Source: a virus (taxonomy: Duplodnaviria > Caudoviricetes). Taken from it: DNA of 64,000 nucleotides. Every line of letters starts with the position of its first letter. Position 1 is the first letter of the stretch. Positions 38,397-48,614 of the stretch are shown here, piece after piece. Position numbers and translations under genes: made by a program. Under the pieces are notes generated by a model. It was given only the letters and a program-made list of their open reading frames with translations, did no database searches and was not told the origin of the DNA. Where the stretch lies: IMG/VR virus record IMGVR_UViG_2551306498_000001, positions 5,042 to 69,041 of that record; one strand, written 5' to 3'.

Positions 38397-41300
38397 ATGG
38401 CAGAGGGTACGAACAGGGATGTTGTTGCTGCGCGGATAAAATTAGACACCGGTACAGTGCTACAATCATTTAAAAACATTGATACGGGTGCTAAAGGTAA
38501 TGCTGATGCGTTCAAGGCGCTGAATGCTGAGTTATCATCCGCTGAGAAGTCATACAAGAATATATCATCAGCAATGGATAAGATGGCCTTAACTGCGGAT
38601 CAACGCCGCCAAAAGATACTCGCTGAAGTTGAAGCTCAACATAAGCAAAAACTTGCTCAAACTGCCTTGCTTGGTGCGAGGGCTCAACAGTTGGAGCAAA
38701 CCAATCGCTTGATTGATGCTAAAATGCAGGCTCAGCAAGCCTTGATCAAAAGGCGTAATCAACAGATTGAGCAATCCGAACGTGAACATCAACAAAAGAT
38801 GCAGATTCTTCAGAATCGTTCTGTTAAGACCGGGCAGGAGGCAGCAAAGGCAACGGGGACAGGAACGGATGACCGGACTAGAGAGCGCGTACTACAAGAG
38901 GAACAGAAGATTCGCATGGCCTTGACTGAGCGACAACGTCAAGAGGAAGCTCTCAGGGAAAAAGTGTTACAAGAGGAACAACGGATCAGACAAGCCTTGT
39001 CACAAACTGAACAGCAAACCAAACGGATGGGGTCCACAATGGATGCTGTCTCTAAAAGTTGGATTGGTAGAATAGGAGACATGGCTTCACATGCCGTTGT
39101 CTTCCATACGATGTACAAAGCGATGCACGAAGTCACCCAGGCCATGAAAGAGGGCTTGGTGGATATTGAATCCAACATGGCGGGGTACGTCCAGACCAAC
39201 GAACACTATTTTGTTCATTTTGAAGATGGAACGAACAAGATGGTTATGGATACACAAAAGCTCAACCGTGAGACGAAAGCTTTCATTCAAACGGCCCATG
39301 AACTTGGATCAAACATTCTGGATGTTACGGAATCAGCTCGTCTCTGGGGCCGGATGTACAAAGATGTTAACGTTGTTCAAGAGCTTGTGCGTCAATCTAC
39401 CAAGTTGTCCACGGTGGACATGGTTGAGCTTGAGGACGCTACCAAGTCCATGGAATCTGTAATGTCTCAATATGGAGTCCATATCACCAATGCCAATGAA
39501 GCCATGGTTATCGGTAACCGGGTTCTGGATTCCTGGTCTAAGGTAGCACACGATACGATGGCTCCTGCTCGTGACTTGGGAGCTGCTTTTCAGAGAACCG
39601 GTAAGATTGCTGCTGAGACTGGCGTATCCTTTGACGTAATGAACGGGCTGATCTCCTCCGGTGTGCGGAATACAGCCTTATCCGGGGAGAACTTGGGTAA
39701 CATGTGGAAAACGGTTCTCGGTACAATCCGGACGGATAAAGCTGTGGATGAGATTGAACGTCTTGGTGTCAAAACCAAAGAGGTTGTCGATGGCGTTGAA
39801 CAATGGCGTAAAGCCGAAGATATTCTATTGGATTTGTCCATCCAGGTGACAGACAAAAACTATGACCTCACACAATCCTATGCGGATATCTCTCGGGGTG
39901 TCTATCAGTATGCGAAACTGGCTGCCTCTCTTAATGTAGGGGATATTTTGCTTGGTACGGCTGCATCTGTAGGTTCTACAGGCTCTACAATGCAATACCT
40001 TACGGTTCAGATGGATACAATCCAGCGGAAGGCTGCACAGACCAAGACATCTCTCCTAGAGATTTTTAACACGGCTGGAGAAGACGGCCTTCGTCAGATG
40101 ATTAAAGACGTACTAGACAGTATAGATCAACTCCTGATCGGATTAACTAAAATACCAACAGGTATTTATGCTGCAACTGCGGGTTTGACTGGTCTATTAC
40201 TTGCGTATAAAGCGTTGCGCGGCCCTGTTATGGCTGTAGTCGCTGCAATTGAAGTGCTAAATGCGGCTAAAGCGAAAGAAGCTGCTACAACGGTTGCTGG
40301 TACAGCGGCTACGGCTGCAAACAGTGCTGCGAATACAGTCAATATCGTTTCCAGTGAAGGAGTCATCGTCTCTACTGTACAACAGACTGCTGCAAGGGAA
40401 GCGCAAGTAGTCGCTACAGGAGCAGCTACTGTGGCTACTAGTGCCCTGAGTAAAGCGCAAGCGACAGCAACAATAACGATGGCCGCAGCAACTGCTGGAT
40501 TATCTTTACTCGTAGGGGCAATTGCAATATTTGCATTTAAGAGTGGAGAGGCTGAAAAAGCAGAACGAGAAAGAATACAGAGTTTGAAAGATAGCGATTC
40601 TGCTAGTCAACAAATGATTAGTCAATACCAGCGGCAGATTGATTTACTCCCTAAAATGGTGAAAGCGCATAGCTCGCTAAAACAGATGATAGATAGCGGT
40701 ACGATGTCTTCAAGTAAACAAGAGCAAGCTACACGACAACTTGACGAAGTACACAAAGCACTCGTGATGACGATCGGAGAAGAGGGTGTGGCTCAACTCG
40801 AAGCAGCTGGGTACACCGAAGAGGCAACTCAAAAGCAAATCGACATTTTGAAAGGAAGAACAAGCGAGCAAATAGATTTGCGTAAAAAGAACTTGGAAGA
40901 TCAAAAAAAGTCTTTTGAATCTCAATTAGTTGCAAATGAACAGGCGATAGCGGAAACTCAAAAGAAAATTGATGGTGTAAAGAATAGCATCAATACTATT
41001 GGCCCAAGCTTCAATAGAAATCGTATTTTAGATGAGTTGGAATCACAAATGAATTCACTTGTTTCAAAACAAATGGAATTGAATTCATCTTCAAACGAGA
41101 CTACTTCACAATTAAGCGAAATGTCATTAGAGACAATAGAAGCAACCAAGGCGAATGATGCGTTAGCAGGAATCAATGGAAAAGTATCTGATACCATAGA
41201 TGAGTTGAAAGAAAAATTAATAGAACAAACGAAAATATTACGAGAGTCCGTGCAGACAAGTATTTCTTCGGTATCCGAACTAAATCAAGTGGCAGATACA

Positions 41301-44300
41301 CTCTCCAAGGGTCAGTCTTTAAGTGCATCTTCTGTGGCGGATTTGATAATGAAATATCCAGAACTTGCTTCTCAAATACGAAAAACAACAGATGGATGGA
41401 TATTTGAGGGTCAAATCATCGAGAAGTTAAGACAAGCTAAAATCAAAAAGTCCATCGATGATTTAAGAACCGAACGAGATGCAACTAGATCGGTTGCTTT
41501 GGAAAGTATGAGGCGTATCTCGATTTACGGATCTGAGTTTTCGGCTATCACGAGTTTTGCGGAAGCTAGACAAAAACTTGCAGAGATTGAAAGTGGAATA
41601 GCGTCAGAGGAAAAAAAGGCCGCTGATATTGGGAAAACGAACTTAATGACACAAGGAATGGCTAATCTTCTTCAGCAGAAATCAAACGAAATTACTCAAG
41701 AGAAACGAGATAAGCTAAATCAGTTGAATGAAATAATAAAAGAATATGCTGGTCAACTTCAGTTGAGTAACGATCAGATTGAGGCTATGACTAAACTCCT
41801 GAATGACGATACGCTTGGGGTTGAGGATAACAACAAAGTTCGCAAAGAAACCGTAGAAATCATGACGGAATTGCAGAAAGCGATCGAAGGGTATAACAAA
41901 GCACTTGAAAAATTGGATTCCCAGCAGAAGCGTGTTGCGAAGTCATCCAAAGAATACCTTGATATACTGGCTGAGAAGCGTAAAGCGTTGCTGGAGGAGC
42001 AGAAACTTTACGAACAAGGATACAATGATCCCTCTCAACTCGTGTCCTCTCAAACGGAGATTACGACAAGCGGTGGGCCTTCTTCAGACATCACACGAAT
42101 GTTGTCCACTGCCGTCGACCTGGCTAACTCCGGTGTGATGAGATACAAGCAAATAGGCGGTGAATTTACAGGCTCATTTGATGACTTCAAACAAAGAGCA
42201 TATTCAGACTGTTCTCAGTTTGTGCAGGAGATGTTTGAAACGATCGGAGTACAGGTACCACGTACAGCAGCTCAACAAGCTAAAGCTGGAACTGCGGTAT
42301 CAAAGAAAAACTTACAAGTTGGAGACCTCGTCTTCTTTAATACGAATGGTAAGGACAACTCTCACGTTGGGATTTACATGGGAGACAGTAAGTTTATTCA
42401 GATGGGTGAATCCGGATTAAAGGTTTCGGATTTAAATAATAGCTATTGGGGACCAAAGTACAATGGCGCAACTCGTATTCCGGGGCTTTCGACAGACACT
42501 GCCTACCCGACATCCACTAGTACGCAAACGACCTCTAGCGGAGTGGCATATGTAGGCAAGTACGCTGCCGAGATTAATGCTGCTGCTAATCAATTTAATG
42601 TTGACCCCTACCTTGTCGCTGCTGTGATCCAACGCGAATCAACTTTTGGAGCCAAGGGTGTAACAAATGTCATGCAAGTTAATGGCATGACTAATGCGAC
42701 AGTAAAACAGAGTATTGACGCAGGTACTAAGATGCTCTCCGAATTACTGAAGAAATCAGGTGGAGATGTCGCCATGGCTCTGGGCGGATACAACATGGGA
42801 TCGGGAATTATTGATTGGTTCAAAAAGTCTGGTGGGTACAATAAAGCTGATATGGCCGCGTATTCAGAGAAATACAAGAAAGTTTATAAAAGCAATGTAT
42901 ACGGAGATGTAGGGTATGTTGATAAAGTATTGGCTGATTATTCTCCACAAAAGTCCAGTACAACTACACAACCTACACAGAAGCAATTAAAGGATGCAAA
43001 AAACACTGCTGATAGCGAACTGCTTCGGATTAGTGATGAACTTTATAATATTGATGTTTCAGAACTTGAGAGTAAACTCGGAATCAAAGATATGAAAATC
43101 TCTGACAAAGAGTTGTCTTTAAAACAATCGGAAGCACGGCAGAAGAACATGAAGAAAGACTCCCAAGAGTACAAAGCCGAATACGAGCTTCAATTGAAAC
43201 TCAAAACTGAAATACAGAAACTGATGCAGGAGCAGCGTCAGATGATCGAACAATCCGGGCTGAAATCAGATGAGTTGACTAATAAGCGGCGAAGCCTGAC
43301 TGAGAAAATTGGGGATGTGCAGTCCGAGAAAGAAGACATGAAGGATCAGTATGCCAGCGACCAATTTGATACCGCACAGGCCAATATGGAAGCGCGTGTT
43401 GAACGCATGCGTCAACAAGGCCGTTCCGAGATGGAAATGACCAAGACGCAACTTCAGTTTTATCAGGGACAACTCAAAAATACTGCCCTAACTGAGGAAC
43501 AGCGTGTTGAATCAGCTAAACAAGTGTATGACTTGACGAACAAGGTTACGGATCTGAAATTTAAAAATTCAACGAATTGGATTGATAAACAAACAGATCA
43601 GATGGAACGTCAAGGTAAGTCTGAGGTTGAGATTTATCAAATGCAGGCCGAGGCTTACAACAGGATGCGAAACGATACCACTCTAAAAGCAGAACAACGA
43701 GCTGAAGCAGAGAAAATGTATCAAGATACTTCCAATAAACTGATTTCGTCTAGGTACGAGTACTCGGAAAAGTGGATTAACAAAGAAGCTACGAAGATGG
43801 AAATGTCCGGTGCTCAAAAAGTTGACATCATGAAGTGGGAGCTTCAAGAGTTTCTGAAGATGCAAGCTGATAAGACGATGTCTTCTGAACAGCTATGGGA
43901 TCTAGAACAGAAAATATATAAGCAGCGTAATGATCTGGATAAGGAGTACTATTCTGCTGCTGAGAAACGAATTAATCACTTGAAGGCGATCGGTGAAATG
44001 ACTACCGAACAAGAACTTGCCGAGTATATGAAACTTCAAGCTTCTTACCTGGTAGGAAGCGATCAACGGATGGATGCAGATGAGAAGGTCTACGATCTAA
44101 AGAAAAAACTCATGGACGAAATGACCAAAGCTGTATCCGAATCGGTAACCAAGCAGAAAAAGTTACTGGACAATGCGAGAGATGAGGAGATTAAACGTAT
44201 CCAGGCAGAGAAGGATGCTTTCACCTCGGCTCAAGAGGCCAAAATCAAAGCCATTGATGATCTGATTCAAGCCATGGAGCGAAGTAACGATCAGGATGAC

Positions 44301-45263
44301 TATGAGAGATTACGTGCGGAGAAAGTAGCACGTCTGGAAAAACTTCAGTCCGCTGTTGGACCAGAAGGTATTGAAGAGCGGAAACAGGTTCAGAAGGATA
44401 TTGAGGATATGGATCGTGAACACGGGCGTAAGCTTGCGAAACAAGCGCTTGAAGATCAGAAAACGGCGTTGCAAGAGGAAAAAACAACTCGCGAAAAGGA
44501 TTTTGACGATAAAATCCAAGATGCTAAATCTCATTATGATAATCTTTCTTCCGCTTTTGATGAATTTTCTTCGAATACTGAGCTGTCTGCTGAGAATTTG
44601 AAAAACATTCAGATTTTGAAGGAGAGCGAGAAAAACGAAACGATACTGGGAATGCTTGATGCATTTGTTTTGGAATATCAGAGCCGTCTTGATCAGATTG
44701 CTGCAGCAAGTGCTTCACTTGGAGTGACTGATGTCTCTGGGGGAGCTTTGGCTCCAGGAACCGCTTCGAAGGACTCTGCATATCAAAAGGAAATTGATCT
44801 TTACACCTATAACGCTAATAAGGATGCTTGGGATGCAGCTAAAGCTCGTGGCGATGCTGAAACCATGCGACTCCTTCAAGAACAAAACGATGCCATTCGT
44901 AAGAAATATGGAATCGATAAAGATACAGGTAAACTCCAACATTTTAGTGAAGGGGGAGTAGTCAAAGGTCCTCGTGGGGCAGCGGTACCAGTAATCGCAC
45001 ACGCTGGAGAAGCTATCCTCAATGACCGACAACAGGATTCGTTGTTTAATCTCCTAAACCTACGAATGCACAGACTAGACTTCACAATGCCTGAATTCTC
45101 AGTTCCTCAAGGTTCAAACGGAGTAAATCCGGAGAGAACCAGTAATCAATTCGTAATTAAATCAGGAGATACTTATATCGCGGACGAATCGGCTGCGAAG
45201 GTCTTCTGGAGTGAACGCGATAATTTGATGCGGAGGATGCAGGCAAGGGGAGGTAAAGGCTGA
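38397..45263 (+). CDS. Tape measure protein with NlpC/P60 peptidase and SLT lytic transglycosylase domains
   Basis: 2288 aa; helical TMP core; 'SDCSQFV...GDLVFF...HVGIY' (~42140-42480); 'AAVIQRES...ALGGYNMG...YVDKVL' (~42560-42935). Confidence 0.93.
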   Translation: MAEGTNRDVVAARIKLDTGTVLQSFKNIDTGAKGNADAFKALNAELSSAEKSYKNISSAMDKMALTADQRRQKILAEVEAQHKQKLAQTALLGARAQQLEQTNRLIDAKMQAQQALIKRRNQQIEQSEREHQQKMQILQNRSVKTGQEAAKATGTGTDDRTRERVLQEEQKIRMALTERQRQEEALREKVLQEEQRIRQALSQTEQQTKRMGSTMDAVSKSWIGRIGDMASHAVVFHTMYKAMHEVTQAMKEGLVDIESNMAGYVQTNEHYFVHFEDGTNKMVMDTQKLNRETKAFIQTAHELGSNILDVTESARLWGRMYKDVNVVQELVRQSTKLSTVDMVELEDATKSMESVMSQYGVHITNANEAMVIGNRVLDSWSKVAHDTMAPARDLGAAFQRTGKIAAETGVSFDVMNGLISSGVRNTALSGENLGNMWKTVLGTIRTDKAVDEIERLGVKTKEVVDGVEQWRKAEDILLDLSIQVTDKNYDLTQSYADISRGVYQYAKLAASLNVGDILLGTAASVGSTGSTMQYLTVQMDTIQRKAAQTKTSLLEIFNTAGEDGLRQMIKDVLDSIDQLLIGLTKIPTGIYAATAGLTGLLLAYKALRGPVMAVVAAIEVLNAAKAKEAATTVAGTAATAANSAANTVNIVSSEGVIVSTVQQTAAREAQVVATGAATVATSALSKAQATATITMAAATAGLSLLVGAIAIFAFKSGEAEKAERERIQSLKDSDSASQQMISQYQRQIDLLPKMVKAHSSLKQMIDSGTMSSSKQEQATRQLDEVHKALVMTIGEEGVAQLEAAGYTEEATQKQIDILKGRTSEQIDLRKKNLEDQKKSFESQLVANEQAIAETQKKIDGVKNSINTIGPSFNRNRILDELESQMNSLVSKQMELNSSSNETTSQLSEMSLETIEATKANDALAGINGKVSDTIDELKEKLIEQTKILRESVQTSISSVSELNQVADTLSKGQSLSASSVADLIMKYPELASQIRKTTDGWIFEGQIIEKLRQAKIKKSIDDLRTERDATRSVALESMRRISIYGSEFSAITSFAEARQKLAEIESGIASEEKKAADIGKTNLMTQGMANLLQQKSNEITQEKRDKLNQLNEIIKEYAGQLQLSNDQIEAMTKLLNDDTLGVEDNNKVRKETVEIMTELQKAIEGYNKALEKLDSQQKRVAKSSKEYLDILAEKRKALLEEQKLYEQGYNDPSQLVSSQTEITTSGGPSSDITRMLSTAVDLANSGVMRYKQIGGEFTGSFDDFKQRAYSDCSQFVQEMFETIGVQVPRTAAQQAKAGTAVSKKNLQVGDLVFFNTNGKDNSHVGIYMGDSKFIQMGESGLKVSDLNNSYWGPKYNGATRIPGLSTDTAYPTSTSTQTTSSGVAYVGKYAAEINAAANQFNVDPYLVAAVIQRESTFGAKGVTNVMQVNGMTNATVKQSIDAGTKMLSELLKKSGGDVAMALGGYNMGSGIIDWFKKSGGYNKADMAAYSEKYKKVYKSNVYGDVGYVDKVLADYSPQKSSTTTQPTQKQLKDAKNTADSELLRISDELYNIDVSELESKLGIKDMKISDKELSLKQSEARQKNMKKDSQEYKAEYELQLKLKTEIQKLMQEQRQMIEQSGLKSDELTNKRRSLTEKIGDVQSEKEDMKDQYASDQFDTAQANMEARVERMRQQGRSEMEMTKTQLQFYQGQLKNTALTEEQRVESAKQVYDLTNKVTDLKFKNSTNWIDKQTDQMERQGKSEVEIYQMQAEAYNRMRNDTTLKAEQRAEAEKMYQDTSNKLISSRYEYSEKWINKEATKMEMSGAQKVDIMKWELQEFLKMQADKTMSSEQLWDLEQKIYKQRNDLDKEYYSAAEKRINHLKAIGEMTTEQELAEYMKLQASYLVGSDQRMDADEKVYDLKKKLMDEMTKAVSESVTKQKKLLDNARDEEIKRIQAEKDAFTSAQEAKIKAIDDLIQAMERSNDQDDYERLRAEKVARLEKLQSAVGPEGIEERKQVQKDIEDMDREHGRKLAKQALEDQKTALQEEKTTREKDFDDKIQDAKSHYDNLSSAFDEFSSNTELSAENLKNIQILKESEKNETILGMLDAFVLEYQSRLDQIAAASASLGVTDVSGGALAPGTASKDSAYQKEIDLYTYNANKDAWDAAKARGDAETMRLLQEQNDAIRKKYGIDKDTGKLQHFSEGGVVKGPRGAAVPVIAHAGEAILNDRQQDSLFNLLNLRMHRLDFTMPEFSVPQGSNGVNPERTSNQFVIKSGDTYIADESAAKVFWSERDNLMRRMQARGGKG

Positions 45264-45820
45264 TGATTGACGCTACAGCGGACGGTAAGTCTTTCCGATC
45301 AATTGGTCTTGGTTTAAAAAAACACAACATCCCGGTTTTGCCGCCAACGAGGGACTACAGTCTCGAAATTGCAGGACGGGATGGAGAGATCGATTTTGGT
45401 AGCACCTATGGTCCAAGATTAATTAACCTAGAGTGTATCGTCATGGCTGATGATACTACCCTTGACTATCAAAGAAGAGTCGCCCAAGTGGCGGCTCTTT
45501 TTAATGCAAAAAAAGGGGATATCGTATTCACTTTCGATGATTTACCAGGAAGGAGATACATCGGAAGATATGCTGGCACTCTTGATATTGAAAAGATTCT
45601 TTTTGATGGAGAACTGACAATCCCGATCAAGATGGGAGAACATCCTTTTCCGGAAAGTGATGAAAACATGCTGGAGGAGACAATCGTTAATTCACCTGAG
45701 ACTATAAAAGTTGTGTCATTGGGGGACGAACGTGCCAGTCCTGTAATTGTTCTAACTAACACAGGCTCCAATACGATTCAAAGTTTCAGGCTTCAGAATG
45801 AATATTTATTAGAGGGGTGA
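45263..45820 (+). CDS. Distal tail (Dit)-like protein, N-terminal part
   Basis: 'IAGRDGEIDFGSTYGPRLINLEC...FDDLPGRRYIGRY'; directly after the TMP. Confidence 0.75.
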   Translation: MIDATADGKSFRSIGLGLKKHNIPVLPPTRDYSLEIAGRDGEIDFGSTYGPRLINLECIVMADDTTLDYQRRVAQVAALFNAKKGDIVFTFDDLPGRRYIGRYAGTLDIEKILFDGELTIPIKMGEHPFPESDENMLEETIVNSPETIKVVSLGDERASPVIVLTNTGSNTIQSFRLQNEYLLEG

Positions 45821-46266
45821 ACATCTTGGCGAATATCGGCAAATATTTAGCAAACAAAATCCTTAACGCCACAGCTCGCGGCGAACAATTTGTGTTTCCT
45901 GAGAAACTGTACGTGGCTTTGTATACATCTAACCCGACATGGAATGACACAGGGCAGGAAGTGAGCGGGGGCGCATATGCGCGGAAAGATATTTTATTTG
46001 ACGCACCGGCTCAGGCGACTGTTAGAGAATACCACCCTAAAACCGGAGCCCTGAGCGATATTCAGAAGATGGTCATTAAGTCTTCCGCAGATGTCGCCTT
46101 TGATGTGGCTTCAGGCGATTGGGGCGTGGTTACGCACTTCGCTTTGCGGGATGCAGCAACTGGCGGGAATTTATATTACTTCGGTGAGCTGGAGTCACCT
46201 CGCAGTATTCTGAGTAACGACATATTTAAATTTTTGGCAAGCCAAGTTGAAATCCGTTTGAATTAA
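45817..46266 (+). CDS. Tail fibre/baseplate-associated protein
   Basis: 'LYVALYTSNPT...EVSGGAYARK...WGVVTHFALRDAATGGNLYYFGEL'. Confidence 0.7.
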   Translation: MNILANIGKYLANKILNATARGEQFVFPEKLYVALYTSNPTWNDTGQEVSGGAYARKDILFDAPAQATVREYHPKTGALSDIQKMVIKSSADVAFDVASGDWGVVTHFALRDAATGGNLYYFGELESPRSILSNDIFKFLASQVEIRLN

Positions 46267-46279
46267 GGAGGAATGACCT

Positions 46280-47431
46280 TTGCTTGGAAGCATGTACCCA
46301 GCAGCGGCCAATAGCAGGCAAACCGAATTGGCTGCTGCAATCAATGACACACAAACCAGCTTTACAGTATTGGATGGATCTGTTTTGCCTCCTGCACCGA
46401 ACCAACTGACGCTAGGGACGGATGAATCTGCTGAAACGATACTTTACACCGGAAAGAGCGGAAACGAGATTACAGGCGTAACACGAGGGTTTGAGGGCGT
46501 GGCTAAATCGTGGGTTGCCGGAACTAAACTGGCAAGGTATTTCACGGCTTACGATCATGATACATTCCGAGACAACATAGAGGATCTTGACGAGCGACTG
46601 AACAATATCCCTGCGCCTCAGGATGCTTCATTGACTGAAAAAGGGATTGTACAGCTCTCCAGCGCTACTGGATTGGATATCGAGGACCAGGCGGCCACAC
46701 CGAAAGCGATTAAGACGGTGAATGACTCTCTTGCCACACATACGTCTGGCACATCAGTTCATGGAGCTGTAAGTGCAGCAACAGCTAATCGCCTGATTAT
46801 TCGAGACGCTTCTGGTAGAGCTCAGATCGCTACTCCAAGCGCAGCGGCAGATATAGCTAGGCTGGATACGGTAACCGGACAGGTAGGCACGTTGGCGGAT
46901 TTGCAAACAACCGTTAAAGGAAATGCAGTCGCCGCTATCAATGAGCTTTTTCAGTCTGGCGTTAATGCAAAGCAAGGCGTCGTGGATGCCATTAACGCTA
47001 TGGGAGGTAGTGCATCCACATCTGATACATGGGCAACGCTTGCAACTAAAATTCAATCAATAAACACAGGTAAAAAGTTCGCTAGCGGTACGACTACATC
47101 GACAACGAGTACTTTCAGAAACTTCACAGACAGTGCTGGTAATACCGCTAGTGGTAGATACGTTCAGGTTTCTGGAATCTCATTCAGGCCCCGGTCCATA
47201 TTACTTACAAAAAATACAGACAATTATACTGAATTTGGGTATTACCGAACGATTGCCGCGGGTAGCAGTGCATATGGAATTGGTATAGATGTGTTACGGG
47301 GACCTATAAGAGTATATGAACGTCCCGGTACTGTTACAGCAACCAATGACGCATACATTAATGATTCTGGATTCTTGTTGCCTGCACAACTAAGCGGTGG
47401 CGCATACACTTGGTATGCCTACGGAGATTAA
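46280..47431 (+). CDS. Tail fibre / receptor-binding protein
   Basis: Fibre repeat 'QDASLTEKGIVQLSSAT...AATPKAIK'; variable Ser/Thr-rich C-terminus. Confidence 0.8.
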   Translation: MLGSMYPAAANSRQTELAAAINDTQTSFTVLDGSVLPPAPNQLTLGTDESAETILYTGKSGNEITGVTRGFEGVAKSWVAGTKLARYFTAYDHDTFRDNIEDLDERLNNIPAPQDASLTEKGIVQLSSATGLDIEDQAATPKAIKTVNDSLATHTSGTSVHGAVSAATANRLIIRDASGRAQIATPSAAADIARLDTVTGQVGTLADLQTTVKGNAVAAINELFQSGVNAKQGVVDAINAMGGSASTSDTWATLATKIQSINTGKKFASGTTTSTTSTFRNFTDSAGNTASGRYVQVSGISFRPRSILLTKNTDNYTEFGYYRTIAAGSSAYGIGIDVLRGPIRVYERPGTVTATNDAYINDSGFLLPAQLSGGAYTWYAYGD

Positions 47432-47443
47432 AGGAGGAGCATT

Positions 47444-47845
47444 ATGTTCATTGGAATGAAAATATACTATGAGATGTCGACAGGTAACGTCATCTTGAAC
47501 ACTGGCGAACGTTTGGGTGATGTTGCACCAACAACTAAAGAGCAAGACTTCTCCACTTACATCCCATTGAATGATCGCGTACCTAATACGGTCGGTGTGC
47601 TCGAACTCGAGTACGGAGAGTGCCGCTCAGATTATGAATCGGGCGGTTACATTAGCAGGGTTGATCTTGAAACACTCCAACCGCTATTCACCTATCCTGA
47701 TCCAATCGATCCAGAGACACCACAAGAGCCACGTCCGGCACTCAGTAAACAGGTGGATCAGTTAGCTGCAGAAAGCAATGCAAACCAATTGGCACTCATG
47801 GAGCTTCACATGATGTTGCTTGGCGAGATGACAGATGCGGAATAA
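47444..47845 (+). CDS. Tail fibre assembly-associated protein
   Basis: 'KIYYEMSTGNVILNTGER' type; follows the fibre gene. Confidence 0.6.
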   Translation: MFIGMKIYYEMSTGNVILNTGERLGDVAPTTKEQDFSTYIPLNDRVPNTVGVLELEYGECRSDYESGGYISRVDLETLQPLFTYPDPIDPETPQEPRPALSKQVDQLAAESNANQLALMELHMMLLGEMTDAE

Positions 47846-47900
47846 TCTAGCCAGACTGCTGATACGTTGGGCTGTAGCACTCATGAGAGGGGGTGACACT

Positions 47901-48032
47901 ATGTTAGTTGTATACGTAATGATGATTCATAAAGGCTTGATTAAGCTGGAGCAAGTACCAGCAGGCAGCCGGGATAAAGTAGCCGCAGCATTGGCTGATG
48001 GAGACATGGACCAAAACGGTAATATTGTGTAA
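47901..48032 (+). CDS. Small XkdX/CD1375-like phage protein
   Basis: MLVVYVMMIHKGLIKLEQVPAGSRDKVAAAL; start 47901 after GAGGGGG. Confidence 0.55.
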   Translation: MLVVYVMMIHKGLIKLEQVPAGSRDKVAAALADGDMDQNGNIV

Positions 48033-48071
48033 CAGGCGCTCCGATATAGGAGCGCTATTTTTTATGGAGAG

Positions 48072-48602
48072 GTGAGGGCCATGTTTAACAGAGGGGCTTT
48101 TAACCGCATGGCCTTTAACCGCCAAATATCCGTATTCGTCTTTGGCCGGGCAGTTGCTGACATATCAGGATCTGCTGTAGCTGCTGCAACGATGGAAATG
48201 ACGGGTTCGGCGGTTATGGATGTCAATGTGGGAGCGGCGGGGGATTTTGTCCGTGAAATCTCATTTGCGGCTGTTATGGATGTAGCTGCTGGAGCTAAGG
48301 CGGATTTCATTCGAGAGATTACCAAACGGGCGATTATGAATGTTGGTTTCGGTGCAGTTGCCAAAGGGAGTCGGTACCATGTGGAGTTTTTGGAATTCGC
48401 GGGACCATTTAAACCTGGTGATCAAGTTGTTATCGATGCCAATTCGTACAAGATAACTCAAAATGGAGTTAATGCTTCACATTTACTTGAAGGTGATTTT
48501 TTTGATTTAAACCTTGGAGAAAACAATCTCACATGGACAGATCCTGAAACAGGCAGAAACGTACTGATCCGTGTTACACATAGAGACAAATTCCTGTATT
48601 AA
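48072..48602 (+). CDS. Dit-like C-terminal domain protein
   Basis: 'PGDQVVIDANSYKITQNG...GDFFDLNLGENNL...RVTHRDKFLY' is the typical Dit C-terminus; just before Tal. Confidence 0.65.
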   Translation: MRAMFNRGAFNRMAFNRQISVFVFGRAVADISGSAVAAATMEMTGSAVMDVNVGAAGDFVREISFAAVMDVAAGAKADFIREITKRAIMNVGFGAVAKGSRYHVEFLEFAGPFKPGDQVVIDANSYKITQNGVNASHLLEGDFFDLNLGENNLTWTDPETGRNVLIRVTHRDKFLY

Positions 48603-48614
48603 TTGAGGTGTGAT

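Noticed and set aside
38589-45085. Many short alternative-frame and antisense ORFs within the tape measure and other long genes
   Set aside because: They overlap well-supported CDSs, lack RBSs and have no motifs; shadow ORFs.
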